A DNA stretch of 64,000 nucleotides from an uncultured virus (IMG/VR IMGVR_UViG_3300015608_000414). Taxonomy: Duplodnaviria > Heunggongvirae > Uroviricota > Caudoviricetes. Positions 30,101-38,844 of this stretch are shown here, one piece after another. Numbering within the stretch: position 1 is the first letter of the stretch; each line of letters starts with the position of its first letter. Below the pieces are notes generated by a model, which searched no databases, was not told the origin of the DNA, and saw only the letters and a list, made by a program, of their open reading frames with translations. A program made the position numbers and the translations under genes. The DNA lies in the IMG/VR virus record IMGVR_UViG_3300015608_000414, positions 1-64,000 of that record; one strand, written 5' to 3'.

Positions 30101-32329
30101 ATGGCAACTACTTCAAAATTTTTACAGTTAACACCTCAAGTACTTGTAGAATATATCTACAGGGACCCGTTAGCGCCTGAAGTAATAGAAACAGATAGTA
30201 ATGGAGCTAAAATCCATATATTAAATAATCCTTATACAAATACTAATTTTTTATTTAACGAGGATAATCCGTATGTTTATACAGGTAACACTAGAATTTA
30301 TAGTGCTATTCCTATTACTTCAGATAAGTCTAAGTATGCATATTTAACAACTAATACTGCATTACAATATTTAGATTATGATAGTAATTTAATAAATGTA
30401 CAATCATATAATAATCAACTATCTGGACCTTATAATGTACCTACTAAACAAATAGAGTACGATACAATTAAAGTACATTTATTATCAGGTTTCGATTTTA
30501 TCGAGAGTGATGGTATAATGATTGAAGTTTTAATTAGAGACAGGATAGGTAATAAACATAATCTTGCATCATTAGCATATTTAAAAGCTGATAATTATAA
30601 TATAATAAATCCTAAACCATTAATTATTGGTGAAAGATTATATACAAATTATATTCTTTTAAAAGTTCCTGCATTAGACTGGATGACTAATGAATATTTA
30701 AGTATTCCAAATAATACTTCAATATTAGCAAATCAATTAACAAGTAATAGTGGCCTTTTAACTCAAAGTAATATTGACGTTACAGTTAAATATATTACAC
30801 ATACTGAATCAAATAATGGTCAAAAATATTTCTATATTGGAGAAACATCAACAGCTGCTGTAAATAAGACTGATGAATATAGTTTATTAGCAGCAGTAAT
30901 CCAAGAGTCTGAAGGTGGAGATTACTTTGAAATATATGGTGAATATAACGGTGATATTTTTGAAGATTATATAGCACAATTAAATACTCAACCAAATACT
31001 AATATGATGGTTATACATGATATTAATGTATTTGAACAAATAGGCACTAGTTTTGTTTTAACTACTGAACAATCATTTATTCAATCAAATGATTTCGGTC
31101 AGCCTTATGTATTTAGACCAGTTATATTAAACTCTCATGTTGCAGTATCATATAGAATTGATTATACATTAAGATTATTAAATAAAGTTGATAATAGTCA
31201 AGTTATAAAGAAAGCACAGTTCAGTTCATTTGATGTTAAGAAGTATGGTAGAAAGATTCGTAAAATAAATATGGGTACAGTACCTACTGTAACTAAAGTT
31301 TATAATGTTTTACCAGATGATACTAGTAAAATAGTTCTTAATAACCCAGCATCAGTTAATCTAGGAGGCTCAGTAAATCAAATTAAGGAAACTCAATTTG
31401 TAATGGGCTTTAGAGAAAGGATTAGAATTTCGGCTGCAGCAAGCAATGTTAAAACAACACCTGCAGAATTAGAAGAAGGTGATATTACACCTACTGCACC
31501 TGGTAATGTTAGAAGAGTAGGTGATGCTGCATTAAGTGTTACAGCATTATCACCAACTGAAAAGATTTGGCCTCAAGGTGAAGCTACTATCGGGTTAACG
31601 CCATTTGATACATTTATAATGATTGTTTTATATGATAATACATTACAAAATGCTAAAGGTCAAAATACACCTCAATTACTTAACTTAACAAATATGGGTA
31701 CTTTCTACCTATCATTTAAAGATGAAGCTACAGGTGATGAAGTACGTATATCAAATTATACTAACGTAAAAGATTTAAGTCCAGTTAGAGGTGAATTATT
31801 ATTTAAGATTACTAAAGATGAATCAGCTAAAATTTTAAAATATAGTTCAAGAAATTTTTATATCTCATCAAGATTAGAAATTAATAATGCTAAAAGTGAT
31901 GAGACATTAGTCTACTTTGGTAAATGGCATAGAGTAGATGAGGCTATACAAATAAGAGATTCAGAAATTATTACTGAATTAAATAATAAACTTACTACAG
32001 ATGCTGCTGCAGCAACTAGTCAAATTAAAGCTTTAAATGATACAGTTAATAAATTAACTAATCAGAATATTAAACTTACTGATGAGAATAATAACCTTAA
32101 GAGGTCTCTTTCTTCAGCAAGTGATATGATGGCACAATTTAATACTAATATGGCTGATACTATAAAAGGATTAGCTGACGGCGGTACTAAGATAATTGAA
32201 GAAACTGGTGTTATATCACCTATTGAAAAAAGTATACAAGATAAAATAGTAAAAGGAGCTGAACAGTTTATATCACAGAAAGCTTTCAATGATATGAAAG
32301 GTAAAAATATTAAAAATATAAAACTATAA
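30101..32329 (+). CDS. Virion structural protein (unknown)
   Basis: 742 aa, beta-rich with C-terminal coiled coil. Confidence 0.45.
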   Translation: MATTSKFLQLTPQVLVEYIYRDPLAPEVIETDSNGAKIHILNNPYTNTNFLFNEDNPYVYTGNTRIYSAIPITSDKSKYAYLTTNTALQYLDYDSNLINVQSYNNQLSGPYNVPTKQIEYDTIKVHLLSGFDFIESDGIMIEVLIRDRIGNKHNLASLAYLKADNYNIINPKPLIIGERLYTNYILLKVPALDWMTNEYLSIPNNTSILANQLTSNSGLLTQSNIDVTVKYITHTESNNGQKYFYIGETSTAAVNKTDEYSLLAAVIQESEGGDYFEIYGEYNGDIFEDYIAQLNTQPNTNMMVIHDINVFEQIGTSFVLTTEQSFIQSNDFGQPYVFRPVILNSHVAVSYRIDYTLRLLNKVDNSQVIKKAQFSSFDVKKYGRKIRKINMGTVPTVTKVYNVLPDDTSKIVLNNPASVNLGGSVNQIKETQFVMGFRERIRISAAASNVKTTPAELEEGDITPTAPGNVRRVGDAALSVTALSPTEKIWPQGEATIGLTPFDTFIMIVLYDNTLQNAKGQNTPQLLNLTNMGTFYLSFKDEATGDEVRISNYTNVKDLSPVRGELLFKITKDESAKILKYSSRNFYISSRLEINNAKSDETLVYFGKWHRVDEAIQIRDSEIITELNNKLTTDAAAATSQIKALNDTVNKLTNQNIKLTDENNNLKRSLSSASDMMAQFNTNMADTIKGLADGGTKIIEETGVISPIEKSIQDKIVKGAEQFISQKAFNDMKGKNIKNIKL

Positions 32330-32330
32330 G

Positions 32331-32882
32331 ATGCTTTTAGATTCAAGGAATAATCTCTTTCAGTTTAATTTTCCAAGAAATTTTATACCGAAAGAAATAT
32401 CTGATAAGTATAAGAAATACTTAAATAGAATTCCTGGGAATATTATTGAAGAACCTATTGATTTCTTAAATTATACAATACAAGGTATTAACTTACCAGG
32501 TATGGGATTTGAACCTGTTACACAGGTACAATATCCTGGTAGAAATATAATCTGGAGAGATACAAAACCTACACAGGAATTATTCGAAAAAGAGTTTACA
32601 GTTACGTTTCAATTAGTCGATGGTTATATAAATTATTGGTTAATGATGGAAACATTAAACTATTATTATAGATTTGATAATGGTCAAAAATTTATTGATA
32701 ACTTAAATATAAGATTAACAGATGCTGAAGGTAATGTTGTAGTAACAATTGAAATGCAAAGACCTTTATTGAAAAATCTTGGAGATTTATCGATGTCTTT
32801 TGCAAGTAATGTTGCAGAATTTAGTACATTTGATTTAAGTATAGGTTACAATGAATTATTAATAAAAATAGAACTAGATTAA
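32331..32882 (+). CDS. Tail-tube-fold protein (gp3/gp19-like)
   Basis: IQGINLPG, FTVTFQLVDGYINYW, F..FDLSIGY pattern typical of tube-fold proteins. Confidence 0.55.
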   Translation: MLLDSRNNLFQFNFPRNFIPKEISDKYKKYLNRIPGNIIEEPIDFLNYTIQGINLPGMGFEPVTQVQYPGRNIIWRDTKPTQELFEKEFTVTFQLVDGYINYWLMMETLNYYYRFDNGQKFIDNLNIRLTDAEGNVVVTIEMQRPLLKNLGDLSMSFASNVAEFSTFDLSIGYNELLIKIELD

Positions 32883-33409
32883 TGAAGAACTTAAAAACAT
32901 TTGAAGATTTTATCAATACTGGTAAAGTTATAAAGGAAGAAGCTATTGTTTCTAGAAAAGCTTCTGCAAAGTTTTCCGATGTTGTTTCTAAGAAAACACA
33001 AGATAAATTATATGAAGTATTAAGTGAAGCTATGAATGAGGCTATCGCTTATGAAAATGATAATGACCCTGAGCATACTTTAGAAAAATATTTAAAGGAG
33101 TGTGCAACATGTTTAGCATCTGCAGCTGCTAGAACAATGAATGGTAATCAATATTTTAATACGCTTCAAAGTGTTGCTCAGAATATTATAGGAGAGTCAG
33201 AAGAAGAGACTATATATGTACAACATAGAGATGATTTAAAAGAATATTTAGATGCTTGTATTGATTCAATGAAAGAAGCATTTAATGATAAGATGGATGA
33301 AGTTAAAAGAACAAATTATGCTTCAGCAACTTTAGTACTTAAAAATATTAAAGAAGAAAAAGCACAGATATATAAACAAAATAAAGATATTAACCATGAC
33401 TTACATTAA
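32882..33409 (+). CDS. Putative head-internal protein
   Basis: N-terminal MKNLKTFEDFIN; paralogue of the next ORF. Confidence 0.5.
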   Translation: MKNLKTFEDFINTGKVIKEEAIVSRKASAKFSDVVSKKTQDKLYEVLSEAMNEAIAYENDNDPEHTLEKYLKECATCLASAAARTMNGNQYFNTLQSVAQNIIGESEEETIYVQHRDDLKEYLDACIDSMKEAFNDKMDEVKRTNYASATLVLKNIKEEKAQIYKQNKDINHDLH

Positions 33410-33881
33410 ATCATTTGAACAATTTATAAATGAATCTGAAGAAATTGAAAAGAAAGTAAAAGAAGATTCTAAAGAAAAGATATCTTTAAATGAAAGGATG
33501 TATGAAACTGTAAAAGCTATTTATAACGAAGCATGTTTACATGAAAGCGATGAAGACCCAGCACATACGTTTGAAGCATTTATTAAAGAGTCATTTTTAT
33601 TAATGGCTGAAATGACAACTAGAGTATTAAAAGAAAATACTGATATTGCAGCAATGTCAGCTGAGGCTGCAATGAAGAAATGTAATGAAAAAGTTATTGA
33701 CGATAAAATAGTTTCAGACAAGACTTATGAGTACTTAAATGAATTAATGAAAGAAGTTAAAGAAACCTACTGTGAAAAGATGGAAGAGATGATGGAAGAA
33801 AATCCAGCAATCGCTGAAATCGCTGCAGAAGCTTTATCTAAGAAAAAAGCTGAAAGCAATAATACAAATAATATAGATTAA
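33396..33881 (+). CDS. Putative head-internal protein
   Basis: N-terminal MTYIKSFEQFINE; acidic, helical; own GATATATA box at 33367. Confidence 0.5.
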   Translation: MTYIKSFEQFINESEEIEKKVKEDSKEKISLNERMYETVKAIYNEACLHESDEDPAHTFEAFIKESFLLMAEMTTRVLKENTDIAAMSAEAAMKKCNEKVIDDKIVSDKTYEYLNELMKEVKETYCEKMEEMMEENPAIAEIAAEALSKKKAESNNTNNID

Positions 33882-33882
33882 T

Positions 33883-34263
33883 ATGGAAAGCACGAAGACA
33901 TTTATTGAATTTATAAATGAAAAGACTAATAGTCTTAATGATAGAGAATTATTAGAAGCTTTAAATGAAAGTTATATGCATGAACTTACTGAAGATGAAG
34001 AAGCTAAAATTGATGAAGTTATTGATGCATTTGTAAAAGAATATTTAGATAAAAATAAAACATTTGAAGATTTACAGTCTGACATTATGAATGAAGGTTA
34101 TATTGGTTCTATTTTAGGTGGACTTACAGGTTTTGCCTTAGGTAAATCAGTTGGTAAATTAATTGCAAAAATATTAGGTGTTGAACATGGTATATTATAT
34201 GAAATGTTAACAAGCCGTTTAGTAGGTGCAGCATTAGGTAGTGCTTTAGGGAGTCGTGTGTAA
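33883..34263 (+). CDS. Putative head-internal protein with glycine-zipper C-terminus
   Basis: KTFIEFINE N-terminus; GSILGGLTGFALGKSVG and GAALGSALG. Confidence 0.5.
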   Translation: MESTKTFIEFINEKTNSLNDRELLEALNESYMHELTEDEEAKIDEVIDAFVKEYLDKNKTFEDLQSDIMNEGYIGSILGGLTGFALGKSVGKLIAKILGVEHGILYEMLTSRLVGAALGSALGSRV

Positions 34264-34279
34264 TCAAGATATATAACAT

Positions 34280-35104
34280 ATGAATAATCATTATTTATAT
34301 GTATATCTAAACCCACTTAAACCTGGTAATTATATTTATGGTAAATTTATTTTTGAATATGAACCATTTTACATTGGTAAAGGAGTTAATAATAGATTAA
34401 AATCACATATTATAGAATCATATTCTTCTAAGAAATCTTTAAAACTTAATATTATTAGAAAAATAATTAAATCAGGTAATAAACCTATAATAATTAAATT
34501 ATATGAAAATATAAGTGATTATTCTGCAAAAAGAATAGAAATTTATTTAATTAATTTGATTGGAAGAATTAGTTTAAATAAAGGCCCACTTAGTAATTTA
34601 ACTTCAGGTGGAGAAGGATTAAGTGGATATAATTTATCTCAATTATCTAAAGATAAAATTTCTAAATCATTAAATGGTATTAAACAATCAAAGGAAACAA
34701 TAGAAAAGAGGAAAAAGTCTATTGAAGATAACGGTGGTGTCTGGAATAAAGGGTTAAAAGGTTGTCAAGTTTCAAGTAATAAAGGTAAAAATCTTAGCGT
34801 TACAACAAAAGATAAAATAAGAAATAAACTCATAGGATTAAAACAATCAGAAGATACTATTAATAAACGTAAATTAACTAATAAAGAAAGATATAATGGT
34901 GCTTGGAATAAAGGATTTAAAACTGGAAAGCTTGCACATAATATTAAAAGTGTTTTTAAATTAGATTTAGAAGGAAATGTATTAAAAGAATATAATTCAG
35001 TAAAGTTAGCAAGAGAAGATAACCCAAACGCAAAAACTATAATTAGAGTTTGTAATGGTATAAATAAACAATCAGGAGGTTTTAAATGGCAATGGAAAGA
35101 ATAA
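34280..35104 (+). CDS. GIY-YIG homing endonuclease with NUMOD repeats
   Basis: YLYVYLNP..EPFYIGKG..RL; LSNLTSGGEG; WNKG repeats; QSGGFKW. Confidence 0.85.
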   Translation: MNNHYLYVYLNPLKPGNYIYGKFIFEYEPFYIGKGVNNRLKSHIIESYSSKKSLKLNIIRKIIKSGNKPIIIKLYENISDYSAKRIEIYLINLIGRISLNKGPLSNLTSGGEGLSGYNLSQLSKDKISKSLNGIKQSKETIEKRKKSIEDNGGVWNKGLKGCQVSSNKGKNLSVTTKDKIRNKLIGLKQSEDTINKRKLTNKERYNGAWNKGFKTGKLAHNIKSVFKLDLEGNVLKEYNSVKLAREDNPNAKTIIRVCNGINKQSGGFKWQWKE

Positions 35105-35838
35105 AACATATTTATATAGGTATTGACTATAGTTTAAAGAGTCCAGCTGTTTGTATTTACAAAGACGGTAAGTACAAATGGCTATCCTACCCAAAAGCTT
35201 TAGAAAAGAAGCCAGAATTAAAAAGACAAGAAGAAGTAAGTACACTTAAAGACGTTGAATTGATTTTCCAAAATAATCAACAAACTGAAGATACTTATAG
35301 TAGAAACGAGTTTGCTAAAATTACACACTACAGAGAGCAGGCACATGCTATCATTAATATGATAGATAAAGAAATTTCAAATTCAAGTAAAACAACTATT
35401 CATATAGGATTCGAAGGTTACTCATTCGGTTCAGCTTCTAATAATTTAATTGATATAGTGGGTGCTACAACTACAATTAAAGCACTTATTATTGAACTTA
35501 ATAAATGGAAGGATTTTACACTTGATGTTTATTCACCAAAAGCAATCAAAAAATTAGCAGGTTACGGTTCTTACGACAAGACTGATTTATTCGATGTATT
35601 TATTAACGAATATAGATTTATCCGTGAAAAATATAAAACACAAATCGAGAAAGATAAGAAGGGAAATTTCAGGCTTAGTTATGTAGATGAGAATCTTTCT
35701 GGAGAATTCCATAGACATTGCTCTAATCTCGAGATTAATAGAAATGTGAAGAAGGTAAAAATTCCTAAGCCGATTGATGATTTAATCGATGCGTACTTTA
35801 TTTCGAAGTGTTTAAGGGAAAGTTATCCTGAGGCCTAA
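35086..35838 (+). CDS. RuvC-like Holliday junction resolvase (start may be 35092)
   Basis: YIGIDYSLKSPAVC, GFEGYSFGS, KKLAG, DDLIDAYFI. Confidence 0.75.
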   Translation: MAMERIKHIYIGIDYSLKSPAVCIYKDGKYKWLSYPKALEKKPELKRQEEVSTLKDVELIFQNNQQTEDTYSRNEFAKITHYREQAHAIINMIDKEISNSSKTTIHIGFEGYSFGSASNNLIDIVGATTTIKALIIELNKWKDFTLDVYSPKAIKKLAGYGSYDKTDLFDVFINEYRFIREKYKTQIEKDKKGNFRLSYVDENLSGEFHRHCSNLEINRNVKKVKIPKPIDDLIDAYFISKCLRESYPEA

Positions 35839-35946
35839 GGCCTAAAGGTCTATATCCCACTTTAGGGCTTAAGACCACTTAAGTTTTGTAAGCCAAGGTC
35901 CTAGCTTTGTTTCAGATTTTCTCAAGATTTATTTTCAATTAAATCC

Positions 35947-35976
35947 TGAAACTTTTACCAGAACCGACAATATATA
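35947..35976 (+). promoter_or_regulatory. Putative early/middle promoter upstream of gp32
   Basis: TGAAAC-N16-AATATAT; same class as 45182, 50573, 50931. Confidence 0.55.
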
Positions 35977-36113
35977 TCTCAACTAATTAAACAGGCATTT
36001 TAAAGGCAATACAAGAGTAAGTTACTGGCCAGATTATTTAAAGATTTTCTTTAATCGTCTGTATGTATTAGGAAATTTAAAAACAAGTTAAAAATTAAAA
36101 AAGGCAAAAGTTT

Positions 36114-37052
36114 ATGGCAAATGAATTTGACATTTTCGGTACTGGACCGATTGAGGTAGACACTCACAACAGAGAAAAGAAAAAAGACTCTGTAATCTTC
36201 GCACCAAAAGCAAAAGACGCTTCAGACGGTGTTTACGAAGCAAAAGTTAGATTTTTATATAATCCGACTAATCCCACAAAATCAATTATTCACAAAGTAA
36301 CTTACTTCCTTAAGGATGAGAAAGACCAAGGGTATACATTCGATAGCCCTCAATCTGTAGGTGACTGGAATGGTTGTGAAGTAGCACAATTGTGGAGAAA
36401 ATTATCTAAAAGCGAAAGTGCTATAGATAGAAAGAATGCTGAGAAATTACAAAAAAGAGATGTATTCTATTCATTAGTATACATTATCAGTGACTCAGTT
36501 AAGCCAGCTAATAACGGTAAAATCATGGTTATGAAGTATGGTGTTAAACTTAAAGCTAAGTTAGACAAATACTTACAACCTAAAAACGGTAAGAAAGTTG
36601 ATATCTTCAACTTCTTCAATGGTCGTAACATGGACTTGTATATTACAAGACAAGGTAACTTCAACAATTACGATGAGACTTCTTTCGAAGAAACAGGTAC
36701 TCCAATTGAAATCAATGGTGTTGAAGTAGAAGCAAATGAAGTAGGACGTGAGACTTTACAAAAGTTCATGGCTAATGCACCTTCATTAGACCAATTCGAA
36801 TACAAACCAATGTCTGACGAAGACAAATCTAAATTACAAACAATCTTAAATCAGTATCGTTCTCCTGGTGATGCAATTGCATCAGTAACGAGTTCATCTA
36901 CTCCTAAAGCTTCTAAGCCTGCTGCAAAGCCTGTTGCAAAAAAAGCTGAAGTTGAAGAAACTGAATCAGATGAAGATGTAATTGAAGGTAATTCTTCAAA
37001 TGGCTCAGACGATGAGAATTTAGAATCATTTTTAGATGGCTTAGGTATCTAA
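36114..37052 (+). CDS. Single-stranded DNA-binding protein (T4 gp32-like)
   Basis: VRFL, YIISD..PANNGKIMVMKYG.KL..K, F.NYDE.SF, acidic tail DDENLESFLDGL. Confidence 0.85.
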   Translation: MANEFDIFGTGPIEVDTHNREKKKDSVIFAPKAKDASDGVYEAKVRFLYNPTNPTKSIIHKVTYFLKDEKDQGYTFDSPQSVGDWNGCEVAQLWRKLSKSESAIDRKNAEKLQKRDVFYSLVYIISDSVKPANNGKIMVMKYGVKLKAKLDKYLQPKNGKKVDIFNFFNGRNMDLYITRQGNFNNYDETSFEETGTPIEINGVEVEANEVGRETLQKFMANAPSLDQFEYKPMSDEDKSKLQTILNQYRSPGDAIASVTSSSTPKASKPAAKPVAKKAEVEETESDEDVIEGNSSNGSDDENLESFLDGLGI

Positions 37053-37056
37053 TAAA

Positions 37057-38175
37057 ATGGTAATGTCTGAATCAACTCCTATAAATCCCCTTTTAGATAA
37101 AGATTTTAGGGAAAAGATTAAAGCTAGTGTCCAAGGTATCTTGGACACTTCTTTTGTCTCAGGACCCAAAACTACTATCAGAGATATGCATGGTCGATTA
37201 ACCTTCGCATGTCCTTATTGTGGAGATAGTGAAAAAGATGTAAAAAAGAAAAGAGGAAATCTTTTTTGGAATACATTACAATATCACTGTTATAATTATG
37301 GGTGTAATATCCATAAACCCTTACATACATTATTAAAAGATTTTGATGTAGTTAATATTAATACTGATGAGCGTTTAGCTATAATGGATTATATTAAACA
37401 TAATCAAGTAGCATCATCTAAATCAAATTCAATTGAATTTGAGTTATTTAATAAACTAAAAGAGCTTAGTATTCCATTAGATGTGTTTTATAAAATAACA
37501 GGAACTAGACCTATCACAAAAGAAAGTCAAGGTTATCAAATTTTAAAAGACCGTTTATTAGTACATAAAGCTGATGAATTCTCTTGGAGATTTGGTAGAT
37601 TATTTGTATTAAATTTAACACCTGATAAAAAAGGTGTAATAGGTTATCAAGTTAGAAGAATTTCAAAAGATACAGGTAATAAGTATTTTACTTTCCATAT
37701 AGAAAAATTAAGAGAACAAGCTGGCATTTCAACATTAGATAAATGTGAAAATGCTATTGAATTAGATAAATTAAATAAGCTTTCTACGATATTCGGTATA
37801 ATGAATGTTGATTTTACAAGAACTGTAACTTCATTTGAAGGACCTATCGATTCTAAGTTTATGATAAATTCAATAGGTCAAGCAACTGTAGGTAGAGACA
37901 TGGGAATGTTTGATGATATTCCAGATGTTCGATATTTTTACGACAATGATAAGAGTGGTAAAGAAGCCGCAACAGAACAAATGAAAAAGGGCCACGAAGT
38001 TTTCCTATGGCGTAAATTTATAGCAGATAATGGTTTATCCAAATATATAACAAAAGATGAACCTTTAAAGGATTTAAATGATGTTATTAAAACTTGTTAC
38101 AAATATAAGCTTGATGCATATAAACAAATAAATAACTATTTCTCCAATAAAGTAATAGATTTATACTACATATAA
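37057..38175 (+). CDS. DNA primase (T4 gp61-like)
   Basis: FACPYCGDS..YHCYN Zn finger; EGPIDS, YDND, KDLND TOPRIM motifs. Confidence 0.9.
   Translation: MVMSESTPINPLLDKDFREKIKASVQGILDTSFVSGPKTTIRDMHGRLTFACPYCGDSEKDVKKKRGNLFWNTLQYHCYNYGCNIHKPLHTLLKDFDVVNINTDERLAIMDYIKHNQVASSKSNSIEFELFNKLKELSIPLDVFYKITGTRPITKESQGYQILKDRLLVHKADEFSWRFGRLFVLNLTPDKKGVIGYQVRRISKDTGNKYFTFHIEKLREQAGISTLDKCENAIELDKLNKLSTIFGIMNVDFTRTVTSFEGPIDSKFMINSIGQATVGRDMGMFDDIPDVRYFYDNDKSGKEAATEQMKKGHEVFLWRKFIADNGLSKYITKDEPLKDLNDVIKTCYKYKLDAYKQINNYFSNKVIDLYYI
37126..37155 (+). terminator. Intrinsic terminator-like hairpin inside the primase 5' region
   Basis: AGTGTCCAAG-GTAT-CTTGGACACT (perfect 10-bp stem) followed by TCTTTT. Confidence 0.65.
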
Positions 38176-38384
38176 TGAAAACATTCGAAGAAGAATATGA
38201 TGATTTTTTAAAAGACGCCGAAAACGATAATAAACGTCTTAAATTAATTATAGATGATTTAGATACTTCTAAATACTCATATTCTGGTATGAAACTTTCC
38301 GATATAACTCCCATATATTCTAATAATAGGATTAAAATTTATATACCTGAAAAAAGAGGTAATCCTGGTAGTAAACTATTTTAA
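38175..38384 (+). CDS. Hypothetical small protein
   Basis: 69-aa ORF coupled to primase by a TAATG overlap; ends SKLF. Confidence 0.55.
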   Translation: MKTFEEEYDDFLKDAENDNKRLKLIIDDLDTSKYSYSGMKLSDITPIYSNNRIKIYIPEKRGNPGSKLF

Positions 38385-38385
38385 T

Positions 38386-38844
38386 ATGGAAGAAAATAAC
38401 ACACAAAGTCAAGAGTCTTTAACTAATGATGAAAAGCTTAAAGCAGTTGAAACTCAATTAGCAGACCAGCGTGCAAAATGGGGTGAAAGATTAATAACGT
38501 TAATTAAAACGATTAATAATTTAGAGAACCTACAAGAAAGTCAAGTAACTATGCTTTCATATCGTCAAATGATTGTTGACCAAATGGCAATGATTAATAT
38601 TAGATTGAGAAAGGTTAAAAGTACATATGAGAGAAATTACAAGACTAAATTACTTGAATATTATAATCATGATTATAAAATGAGTGATAAACATAAGGAT
38701 GCTGCAGTTGTTGCGGACCTTCATTTCCTTAAAAAACAAATATCATTTTTAGAAATTCAAATAGAATATTACAGTGAAACAGTAAGAACCCTAGACCAAA
38801 TGGCATGGGCTATTAAAAATAGAATTAACATAGAATCAATATAA
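38386..38844 (+). CDS. uvsY: Recombination mediator UvsY-like
   Basis: Helical 152 aa; LEYY, AVVADL, LDQMAWAIKNRI C-terminus; adjacent to UvsW. Confidence 0.65.
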   Translation: MEENNTQSQESLTNDEKLKAVETQLADQRAKWGERLITLIKTINNLENLQESQVTMLSYRQMIVDQMAMINIRLRKVKSTYERNYKTKLLEYYNHDYKMSDKHKDAAVVADLHFLKKQISFLEIQIEYYSETVRTLDQMAWAIKNRINIESI

